From Candidatus Woesearchaeota archaeon (lineage in GTDB: Archaea > Nanobdellota > Nanobdellia > Pacearchaeales > GW2011-AR1), in the NCBI GenBank assembly GCA_964601675.1, contig CAZROF010000001.1, positions 1-57,346 on the forward strand: a DNA stretch of 57,346 nucleotides, read 5' to 3'. Shown in pieces: positions 27,347 through 35,462 of the stretch (its first letter is position 1; every line of letters begins with the position of its first letter). The translations under genes and the position numbers were made by a program. A model generated the notes under the pieces. That model was not told the origin of the DNA. It was given only the letters and a program-made list of their open reading frames with translations, and searched no databases.

Positions 27347-28242
27347 TTATGGCCTCCTAAAATATGATATATTCCTTGACTAAGTTTGTCTTCTGGAATC
27401 TCGCATGTTTTCATATAAAATTTAACTATTTCTTCGGGGAAAGGTGTTTTAAGAAATCCTTTTTGTGCTTCTGGAACACTAAAATCAAAAGCATTAAAAA
27501 TTTGGTTAATAACATATTTTCTATTAAATTCTTTAGAATTTTTTAATTCATTAATTTTATTTTTAACTTCTTCAAATAAAATATCCAATTCTCCTCCAAT
27601 TGTTTCCCCCCCCTCAATAAATACCTGGGACTGATCAAGATTTTCTGGTTCAATAATATGTTCAAAAAAATCGATTTTCATATCTTGTTTTGGAGATATA
27701 ATAATTATTTTTTTGTTTAAAGCTAATCTATGATAGTAACGATAAACGCTGTTGTCATCAAAAAATAATTGTACTCCATTAGATCTAAAAATAGGATTAA
27801 CCATTTCTGTTAAGTTATCGAGTAAAAATACTAATTTTTTTACATCTACTTTTTTTGAATTAGCATCCAAATCCCATTCAGGCATCCATGATTTGGAAGT
27901 ATAATCATCAAGATAATTTTCTTTTTTAAATAGCATAATTTTCGATAAGATTCCCATTAAAAGATCTTTATGATTCTCTTCTCCCATCATTTCCTTTGCT
28001 TTTTCATTTAAAAAATAAAAAACTAATCCTGAAAGTTTTCCAGGCATTAATCCTTTTTCAAATAAGCTTTTAGGATCATTTTTCCAACCCATTAAATTTT
28101 TACCCACTTCTGGAATTAAAAATGGACCCGAATAATACATAGCTTCAACTGAGTTTATTGGCCATTGTGATAAAACATCTGATTCATGTTGTACCTTTGC
28201 TACATCCCTAGAGATGTTTTTCAATATTCTATTTATTTCCAT
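27343..28242 (-). CDS. hypothetical protein; possible substrate-binding middle module of a split PEP-synthase-like kinase
   Basis: No motif recognised. Its stop overlaps the start of the swivel-domain gene (ATGA). Confidence 0.35.
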   Translation of the reverse strand: MEINRILKNISRDVAKVQHESDVLSQWPINSVEAMYYSGPFLIPEVGKNLMGWKNDPKSLFEKGLMPGKLSGLVFYFLNEKAKEMMGEENHKDLLMGILSKIMLFKKENYLDDYTSKSWMPEWDLDANSKKVDVKKLVFLLDNLTEMVNPIFRSNGVQLFFDDNSVYRYYHRLALNKKIIIISPKQDMKIDFFEHIIEPENLDQSQVFIEGGETIGGELDILFEEVKNKINELKNSKEFNRKYVINQIFNAFDFSVPEAQKGFLKTPFPEEIVKFYMKTCEIPEDKLSQGIYHILGGHK

Positions 28243-28258
28243 AAAATGAAAAACCGAG

Positions 28259-28942
28259 TTATATTTTTAAAGTTTTTGATTTGTTAATTTTTCCAGCTAG
28301 AATCCAATGAGCACTTTTTACATTATATCTACCAATTGGTGCAATAATTTTCTCTCCAATCAATAAATTATCTAATCTAAAAAAACTTTCAGCTTCTTTT
28401 TTACCCCAATATTCTATCACAATATCTCTCTTTCCGGGTTTATCTTGTAAATAAGTATTTTTTCTCACTTCTTTTCCTACCCTATATCTAGAATCATTTT
28501 TTGATCTAAGGGAAAATATAATCCATGCACCATTTTTTGATACTCTTATAATTTCTTCAATAGTTTTTTCTTGATCTTTTTGGGAGAGGTAATGAAAAAT
28601 ACCCCAAAGAATAACAACATCAAATGAATTATCATTATGGGGTATATTGGTAGAACTAGCCAACTTTATTTCTGAATTAACATTCCACTTTTTTAAGAAC
28701 TTTTTAGATGTTGATACTGCCTAGTTTGAACTATCGATTCCAAAGGTAATACATCCCTCATAATCAAACATCAATAAATGCCTTCCAGCCCCACACCCAA
28801 TATCAAGAACCTTTTTGCCTTTAAGATTTCCTAGATACTTTTCAGAAAAAGTAAATATTTCTTCAGATGGCCAGTATATGTATTTTGAACTTTTCTTATA
28901 GAATTTATTCCAGATTTCTTTATTGTTTTCTGATTTCTTCAT
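28259..28942 (-). pseudogene. class I SAM-dependent methyltransferase interrupted by one in-frame TAG (28721-28723)
   Basis: The N-terminal ORF ends ..VLDIGCGAGRHLL..GIDSSN-TAG. The same frame continues with no other stop: AVSTSKKFLKKWNVNSEIKLASS..NSFDVVILWGIFHYL (post-I/II motifs). Confidence 0.6.
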
Positions 28943-28993
28943 AAGGAAATTAGGTTTAGAAAGTTTTTAAAATATACTTTCCTCTTAATTATT

Positions 28994-30085
28994 ATGGAAA
29001 TAATAAAAAAAATGAACAATTTAGTTGAGGGAGATAAGATTAAATCTATTGAAGATTGGAAAAAGATAAGCATTAGTACTAAAAAAGATCTATCAGAATC
29101 GATAGTTCCTAAAAATTTCCTTGAATTAAGGATTACAAGTGGATCTACAGGAAAACCTCTTTATGTTTTTTATTCTAATAAAGCCGTAGAAGGGTTTATT
29201 AATCGAACAAGAAAATCAATAAAATTATCTGGAGTATCAAATAAAGATATTGTTTTGAATCTTTTTGCGTATGGAAATTATGTTCCTGGAAGTATGTATG
29301 AAAGGGCTTGCTTATTGGAAGGGATATCAATATTACCCCTCGGGGCCCCAAATACTTATCCAAAAGAAAAAATTATGGAAGTTATTTTAAAGGTGAAACC
29401 AACAGTGTGGTTTTCGGTGCCAAGCTATGCTTTAGGTTTGTTAGAAGTTCTTAATAAAATTAATCCGAAAATTATGCCAAAAAAAATACTTGTTGCAGGA
29501 GAAATGTTATTAAATTCATATATATTAAGATTTAAAGAATTAGGAGTAGAAGTCATTAATCATTTTGGTTTAACAGAATGTCCTGCCATTGGAGTTTCTA
29601 AAAAAGGAGATCCAAAATTGATAAAAGTAATTAATGAGGGGATATATGTGGAGGCAGTAGAGATAAATAAAAATTTAGAATTAGTAATAACTGATTTAAA
29701 TAATAGTTCTACAAAAATAGTGCGTTATAATACAAAAGATGTCTTAGAAAAGATTAAATATACTAGTAATGGTTCAATAAGCGAATTTTCTATTACTGGG
29801 AGAGATGATGATTTAATAAAATTACAAGGGATGCTTACATCAAAAATAAAAATAGAAGATGCATTATCAAAATATACTAATGAGTTTATTGTTAATTTTA
29901 GAACAAAAGAGAATAGCGATTATGTTGAATTTATTCTTCCTTCTGAATTTAAGAATAAAGAAGATGATATCATGAAAGAACTCTCATTTATTTTTGCTAA
30001 GAAAGAATTTATCTTTCAAAATAAAATTGAAGTCCCTAAAACAAGTTCTCACAAATTAAGACATATTGTCGACCTAAGAAAATGA
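28994..30085 (+). CDS. adenylate-forming enzyme, PaaK / coenzyme F390 synthetase / CapK-like
   Basis: ITSGSTGKP, NHFGLTEC, YNTKDV, GRDDDLIKLQG and a C-terminal ..SSHKLRH (ANL core motifs in a short, roughly 360-aa format). Confidence 0.7.
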   Translation: MEIIKKMNNLVEGDKIKSIEDWKKISISTKKDLSESIVPKNFLELRITSGSTGKPLYVFYSNKAVEGFINRTRKSIKLSGVSNKDIVLNLFAYGNYVPGSMYERACLLEGISILPLGAPNTYPKEKIMEVILKVKPTVWFSVPSYALGLLEVLNKINPKIMPKKILVAGEMLLNSYILRFKELGVEVINHFGLTECPAIGVSKKGDPKLIKVINEGIYVEAVEINKNLELVITDLNNSSTKIVRYNTKDVLEKIKYTSNGSISEFSITGRDDDLIKLQGMLTSKIKIEDALSKYTNEFIVNFRTKENSDYVEFILPSEFKNKEDDIMKELSFIFAKKEFIFQNKIEVPKTSSHKLRHIVDLRK

Positions 30086-31641
30086 GAGACAAAATTCTCA
30101 TTATTGGTGCATCTAGTAAGGTTGCTCAATCTATTTCAGAAATGTTAACTAATTATGGCTTTGAATTGATTGGCACTTATAATAAAAAATATCCTCAAAA
30201 TCCTGAGTGTTATAAAAAATTAAAAAAAATTAATTTTGTAATTAATGAAGATATAAATAAACTTGATAAATTAAAAAATATTTCAGACATTATATTTACA
30301 ATAGGAAAAGCAGAATTTTTAAATGAAGAAGCTTCCAAAATTAATTATAAGGCATTGGAAAATTTAGTTAGTTATTTGAAAAAGAAAAAGAAAAATATTA
30401 GAATAATATTTTGTTCGTCATCAGCAGTATATGGAAATAACAAATCCAAAATTATCTTCGAAAATTCGAACAAAATTCCTACTAGTTATTATGGAAATTA
30501 TAAATTAAAAGCAGAAAATATTTTAAAAAAGTCATATATAGATTTTGTTATAGTTAGATTTCCAATTATATTTGGATTATATTTTAAAAAAAAATTCAAT
30601 AGATTTATCGAAGCAATAAAAGATGATAAAGCTACAATGTTTGGTGATGGGAGTAATAATTTTTCTTTTATTCATCAAAATGATCTATCAAATTTTATTA
30701 TGAAAATTATTGAAAATATAGAAATTAAAAATGAAGATTTTAATATTGCTTCTGGATTTACATCACAAAAAGATTATCTAAATCTGGTTGTAAATATATT
30801 TAATAAAAAAATAAAAAAATCTGCGACTTTAAAAGAATTATTCAGAATTGCTCAAAAACAGCAGAAAGGATATAACAAATCAAATAAGAAACCTTCCCTT
30901 TTAAAAGAAGACGTAATAAGTTTATCAAGAGATCGTATATATAGTATTGATAAAGCAAAAAAATATGTTTCTTGGAAACCAAAATATACAATTAATAAAT
31001 CAGTTGGTGATACCTTCAAAGAAAATATGTTGTTATCAAGATGGGATGGGATTAAAATTTTAAAATATTTATATCCAGACAAATTGCTACCAGTAAAAAT
31101 ATACAGGAATCCATCAGAATTTAATCCAAATCAGTTTATGAAAAAGAAAGAAGAGATTTGGAGCATAACTATAAGGGATGAAGAAGGAGATATAATTAAT
31201 ACCGACCACTTATTTTCAAGAGACTCTAATAACATAAAAAAATTTATGATTAACAATAAGAAGCCAAATAAAGTATATATTGTTAGATTAAGTCCTCCAA
31301 GAGATGATATTTTATACTATGGCTCTTTTTTGATTGATAAAAATAATTTTAAGAATAAAGTGATTATTACAATATCAAAGAATCCTGAAGAACTATTTGT
31401 TATGAGAGAAGAAGGGAAATCACTTAAACTTCTTCCAAGAGATTATGTTCCAGACTACAATCTCATCTATGAAGGGGGAAAAGTTGAGGGAGAATTTCCA
31501 AAAAAGTATACAAAAATTCTTGAGAAAGATATTGAAAAATTATCTCATCTATTGAAAAAAACAAAAAGAGAAGATTTAACAATACCTGTTCTTTTTATAA
31601 TAAGTAAAAAAGGTGTTCAGTATATAAGTTTAGGACTATGA
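30082..31641 (+). CDS. NAD-dependent epimerase/dehydratase (extended SDR) fused to an about 200-aa uncharacterised C-terminal domain
   Basis: ILIIGASSKVAQS (Rossmann), SSSAVYG and YGNYK (YxxxK). I recognise no motif in the C-terminal half. Confidence 0.6.
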   Translation: MRDKILIIGASSKVAQSISEMLTNYGFELIGTYNKKYPQNPECYKKLKKINFVINEDINKLDKLKNISDIIFTIGKAEFLNEEASKINYKALENLVSYLKKKKKNIRIIFCSSSAVYGNNKSKIIFENSNKIPTSYYGNYKLKAENILKKSYIDFVIVRFPIIFGLYFKKKFNRFIEAIKDDKATMFGDGSNNFSFIHQNDLSNFIMKIIENIEIKNEDFNIASGFTSQKDYLNLVVNIFNKKIKKSATLKELFRIAQKQQKGYNKSNKKPSLLKEDVISLSRDRIYSIDKAKKYVSWKPKYTINKSVGDTFKENMLLSRWDGIKILKYLYPDKLLPVKIYRNPSEFNPNQFMKKKEEIWSITIRDEEGDIINTDHLFSRDSNNIKKFMINNKKPNKVYIVRLSPPRDDILYYGSFLIDKNNFKNKVIITISKNPEELFVMREEGKSLKLLPRDYVPDYNLIYEGGKVEGEFPKKYTKILEKDIEKLSHLLKKTKREDLTIPVLFIISKKGVQYISLGL

Positions 31642-32762
31642 TAAAACAAATTAAAAACAAATTAAAAAAGGTAATAAAAAGAGAAAAAGAAACCTCCTTA
31701 CTTAGAATTGGAATTCCTCAACCTCCGGCTCCACAAAATTATTTTCAAAAAGAAATAAAACAATTATTAAAATTAAACCCAAATAATATAGGCACTACTA
31801 CGAGAATGAAGTTTTCTCAAGATAGTTGTAGAGAACTTGAAAATAAGGCGATAAAAAAGATCTCTAAGTGGTTCCATGGTTCTAATCTGGATGGGTACAT
31901 TAATAGTGGTTCTACTGAGGGGAATATTATGGCATTATGGATAGGAAGAGAATATCTTAAGAAGAAGGGCAAACCCCTAATTATTTCTCATAATGAGAGT
32001 CATTATTCTTTAGATAAAGCGGCAAGACTGCTTGATTTAAAAATAATAAAAACAAAAGCTAAATTTTGGAACAAACCCCTTGATAAAAATCAGCTTAAGG
32101 AAGCAACAAAAAATATAAAATCTCCTTTAATTATAGTTGGAACCTTAGGCCATACTTCAACTGGAACAATAGATAATATAGAATCAATAACAGAATTTAT
32201 CAAAGAATATAAAAAACCGTGTTTTTTGCATCTTGATGCTGCTGTTGGAGGATTTTTTATCCCATTTTTAAGTCAAAATAAATATTCAGACTTTGGAAAT
32301 TCTTTTGTTAAATCATTAACCTTTGATTATCATAAATATGGTTTCCTTTATTACTCTTCAGGAATTTTTTTGTGTAGAAATGGTCTGCAAGATAATATTG
32401 GTAGTGACACTGAATATATTAAAATTTTTGACGACACCCTTATAGGTTCAAGATCTGGAATATTGCCTGCAATTATTTGGGCAAATACAGAATATTTAGC
32501 CAAAAAGGGATTTAAGAAAAGAGCAATGAAAATTATCTCAAATAAAAATAAATTTATTAAAAGATTAAATGAAAAAAATATCAAATATATTGAAACCCCT
32601 TCTATGCCAATGGTTTGTATAATTTTAAAGAAAAGGCTCCCGAAATACATGGAAATAAAATTTAGAATCCACTCCCTAAAAAGAAAAGAAGGTTATACTT
32701 ATACAATTTATTTTTATCCAAAATATCTTAAAAGTTACGAAGAATTATTAAAAATTATATAA
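31638..32762 (+). CDS. PLP-dependent group II decarboxylase (MfnA-like Tyr/Asp decarboxylase family)
   Basis: SGSTEGNIMAL, HLDAAVGGFFIPF and SLTFDYHKYGF (PLP-Lys in HK). Confidence 0.7.
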   Translation: MIKQIKNKLKKVIKREKETSLLRIGIPQPPAPQNYFQKEIKQLLKLNPNNIGTTTRMKFSQDSCRELENKAIKKISKWFHGSNLDGYINSGSTEGNIMALWIGREYLKKKGKPLIISHNESHYSLDKAARLLDLKIIKTKAKFWNKPLDKNQLKEATKNIKSPLIIVGTLGHTSTGTIDNIESITEFIKEYKKPCFLHLDAAVGGFFIPFLSQNKYSDFGNSFVKSLTFDYHKYGFLYYSSGIFLCRNGLQDNIGSDTEYIKIFDDTLIGSRSGILPAIIWANTEYLAKKGFKKRAMKIISNKNKFIKRLNEKNIKYIETPSMPMVCIILKKRLPKYMEIKFRIHSLKRKEGYTYTIYFYPKYLKSYEELLKII

Positions 32763-33827
32763 GATTGAATAACCTTTATTATTTGGTTTAGCCGTAAATG
32801 TAATCATCTTTTTATCTTTTAAAATTTTTTCTATCTTCATTGGATCTTTTGTTAGAATATATATTGCAGGTCCACAAGATGAAACAGAGATTATAGGGGT
32901 TATCTCATTCCTATATTTCATTAGCGATTTTACTAGAGAATATAATCCTTTCCATGTTCTTGAATCTATTACTAAACTTCCAGTATTAAATCTATAATAT
33001 TGCAATATGTCCCCAATAGATTTCATGTTTTTATTCATTATCGAAGGAATAAGTTCATGTAAAACCTTCCAAGCAATCTCTTTTGAGAAATCTTTACTTG
33101 ATTTTAACATTTTTGGAAATTGAGCTTTTTCGATTGCCATTAAACATTGAGCATCACATTTTTTATACATCTTGGGTATCCCAAAAACAAATGTATAATC
33201 TTCAGGAAATTTTTCTTTGAAAATTATATTTGATTCTCCTACAATTATCTGCATCCCCCCACCATATAGGGCTACAGAAGGAGAACCACCATTGCATTGG
33301 ACATGAATTAACCTTTCGTCATCTGATTCAATTTCTTCCCCATGATTTTGTGCAATAAACAAAGTTAATTGTCTTGGGTTTATTGGCTTTCCATATGCTT
33401 CATTTATTGCTATACAAACGGCACTTATTAACGAAGAGGAAGATCCTAGACCAGCGTGGGGGTAATCATATACATTATTTGCTTCAATTAAAAGCGAATC
33501 TTTTATTTTTAGAGCATTTTTCATCATTAATGCTGCATGTTTTACTATTGATTTTCTTTTTGTTTTTCTAGATAATGTAACAGATTTTTCTTTATTTTTT
33601 ATGATTTCTATTTTAGCATAAGTGTTCACATTAACTGAAAATGCAAGTTCACCCGCATTATAAACAAATTTTTTCTTTGGTTTCGTTAGGGTTTTTAAAT
33701 CAAAGCACATTGTATTCAATCGTGCTGGAACAATGACCTTTATTTTTTTATGTCTAATAACAGGAATATTTATTTTCCCTTTAATTGGGTTAAATATTTT
33801 TCCTGCTTTAAATATCTCTAATCTCAT
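32748..33827 (-). CDS. GHMP-kinase-superfamily protein of the archaeal COG1907 / beta-RFAP-synthase-like type
   Basis: The GHMP motif is PHAGLGSSSSLISAV. The N-terminus IVPARLNTMCFDL resembles the psRLHf.liDl start of the beta-RFAP-synthase group rather than the PGK..L.GEH start of true kinases. Confidence 0.55.
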   Translation of the reverse strand: MRLEIFKAGKIFNPIKGKINIPVIRHKKIKVIVPARLNTMCFDLKTLTKPKKKFVYNAGELAFSVNVNTYAKIEIIKNKEKSVTLSRKTKRKSIVKHAALMMKNALKIKDSLLIEANNVYDYPHAGLGSSSSLISAVCIAINEAYGKPINPRQLTLFIAQNHGEEIESDDERLIHVQCNGGSPSVALYGGGMQIIVGESNIIFKEKFPEDYTFVFGIPKMYKKCDAQCLMAIEKAQFPKMLKSSKDFSKEIAWKVLHELIPSIMNKNMKSIGDILQYYRFNTGSLVIDSRTWKGLYSLVKSLMKYRNEITPIISVSSCGPAIYILTKDPMKIEKILKDKKMITFTAKPNNKGYSILYNF

Positions 33828-33857
33828 AACAATGATAACACAAACAGATTTAAAAAG

Positions 33858-34802
33858 TTAATCCACTAAAGTTGTAATTGGTCTACTCTGAAGAATATAA
33901 AATTTATCCTTCCTTTTTGCCCATTCAATATCTACAGGGAATTTATAATGCTCTTCAATCATTTTTACTAATTTGCCCAATATTACAATTTCTTTTTTTG
34001 TCAAAACTTGATTTTCTCCTTTTTTCTTTAATTGCTTCCATTTATTTTCTCCCTTCTTATTTTTAAATAATCCCTTTACTTTATTATTGATGTTTATATC
34101 TAAGATTCTCCAGTCAGTCTTATCTAAAATATAACTATCTGGAGTGATCTCTCCAGAAACAATCGCCTCTCCCAATCCAAAACATGCTTCAATAACTAAT
34201 TGGTTTTTATCTTTTGTGATTGGATGGACAGAAAAAGCAACTCCAGATTCACTGCTATCTATCATTTTTTGAATAACTACTGCTACGGATATTTTTTCTT
34301 CTTTTAATTTTTTTTCAAGACGATATATTAATGCTCTTGGAGTGAACAGCGAGGCCCAACATTTTTTAATATTCATTATTAGGTTTTCTTTTGAAGTGTT
34401 AAGATAAGTATTTAACTGTCCTGCCCATGCTGCATTAGCACCATCTTCTGAAGTCGCCGAGCTCCTAACAGCAACATATTCTGATTTTAATTTACTATGA
34501 GACTTTATAATTTCATCTTTAATCTTTTTAGGAATATTCTTAGAAATAATTGCAAAATTTATTCTTTCTGAAGCCTTATTTATGCTATTAATCTCTTTTA
34601 GATTTATAGAATCTAATTCCGAGTCAATCTCTATTGATACATCGGTTTCTTTAATAAATTCTTCAAATGCATTTGAGAGTATAACAAATCCTCCAGGTAA
34701 TTCTATATTTGAATTAATTAACTCTCCTAATGAAGCACCCTTGCCCCCTGCTATTTCAACATCGTTTTTATTAATCGAATTTAAATTTCTCACATATCTC
34801 AT
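33858..34802 (-). CDS. stand-alone PPDK_N (PEP/pyruvate-binding ATP-grasp) domain protein
   Basis: GGKGASLGEL, VAVRSSATSEDGANAAWAGQ.NTYLN and VDIEWA..KFYILQSRPIT match the PEP synthase / PPDK N-terminal nucleotide-binding domain. Confidence 0.8.
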   Translation of the reverse strand: MRYVRNLNSINKNDVEIAGGKGASLGELINSNIELPGGFVILSNAFEEFIKETDVSIEIDSELDSINLKEINSINKASERINFAIISKNIPKKIKDEIIKSHSKLKSEYVAVRSSATSEDGANAAWAGQLNTYLNTSKENLIMNIKKCWASLFTPRALIYRLEKKLKEEKISVAVVIQKMIDSSESGVAFSVHPITKDKNQLVIEACFGLGEAIVSGEITPDSYILDKTDWRILDININNKVKGLFKNKKGENKWKQLKKKGENQVLTKKEIVILGKLVKMIEEHYKFPVDIEWAKRKDKFYILQSRPITTLVD

Positions 34803-34883
34803 GTTTTTAATAACAAATATAACATTATAAATTTATTTAATTATAAAAGAAAATCTTTTAAGGCTAAAAAGTTATTTATTAAT

Positions 34884-35363
34884 ATGAAATTTATAGTAGA
34901 TTTTAAGGGAAGGATTTCAGATAATGAATGGCATGATAACACAAACTTTAAAAATTTGGATAATGTAACACAAGTTTATGCATTTATATTTAATAAACAA
35001 GGGAAAGTTTGTTTGATTAAATATAAGGGTAGGTGGGGAATTCCAGGAGGGACACCTGAAAAAGAAGATAAATCTTTTGAAGATACTCTCAAAAGGGAAG
35101 TACAAGAAGAGGCAGATTTAAAAATAAAAAATATAAAAAGAGTTGGTTATATAAAAGTCATACCAAGGGATGGATCAAAGATTCATTATTTATTAAGATA
35201 TACGGCTTTTGTAGATAAAATTAATAATCAAACCGAAGATCCTGCAATCGGGGAGATTTTAGAGAGAAAATTTATTGATCCAAAGGAAATTTGTAAATAT
35301 ATTGGTTGGGGCAACTGTGAATTTCAATTGAATAAAGCTATTAAGGTTTATAATAACTTCTAA
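34884..35363 (+). CDS. NUDIX hydrolase
   Basis: Nudix box GGTPEKEDKSFEDTLKREVQEEADL (Gx5Ex7REUxEExGU). Confidence 0.85.
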   Translation: MKFIVDFKGRISDNEWHDNTNFKNLDNVTQVYAFIFNKQGKVCLIKYKGRWGIPGGTPEKEDKSFEDTLKREVQEEADLKIKNIKRVGYIKVIPRDGSKIHYLLRYTAFVDKINNQTEDPAIGEILERKFIDPKEICKYIGWGNCEFQLNKAIKVYNNF

Positions 35364-35423
35364 GATTCCTTTCTTCATTTTTAGAAGATATCTTAAGAAG
35401 GAGGGACTATTTAAACAACCACT

Positions 35424-35440
35424 ACTTATTAAACAAAGCC
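35424..35440 (+). repeat. right terminal inverted repeat acttattaaacaaagcc
   Basis: Exact reverse complement of 23013-23029. Confidence 0.8.
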
Positions 35441-35449
35441 CTAATACGT
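35441..35449 (+). repeat. right target-site duplication ctaatacgt
   Basis: Identical direct copy of 23004-23012. Confidence 0.75.
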
Positions 35450-35462
35450 AGAAAGAACTTTC

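Larger units (their letters stand above)
23013..35440. mobile_element. 12,428-bp cargo-carrying DDE transposon (unit transposon / transporter-IS)
   Basis: Perfect 17-bp TIRs, a 9-bp TSD and a transposase gene 20 bp inside the left TIR. Codon usage is A/T-ending in both orientations, unlike the flanking genes. Confidence 0.75.

Noticed and set aside
28721-28723. Pyrrolysine or reassigned-amber decoding as the explanation for the in-frame TAG in the methyltransferase.
   Set aside because: TAG terminates several well-defined neighbouring genes at the expected positions, and no pyl genes are in the window. A nonsense mutation or sequencing error is more parsimonious. It is kept as a finding only because it is easy to check.
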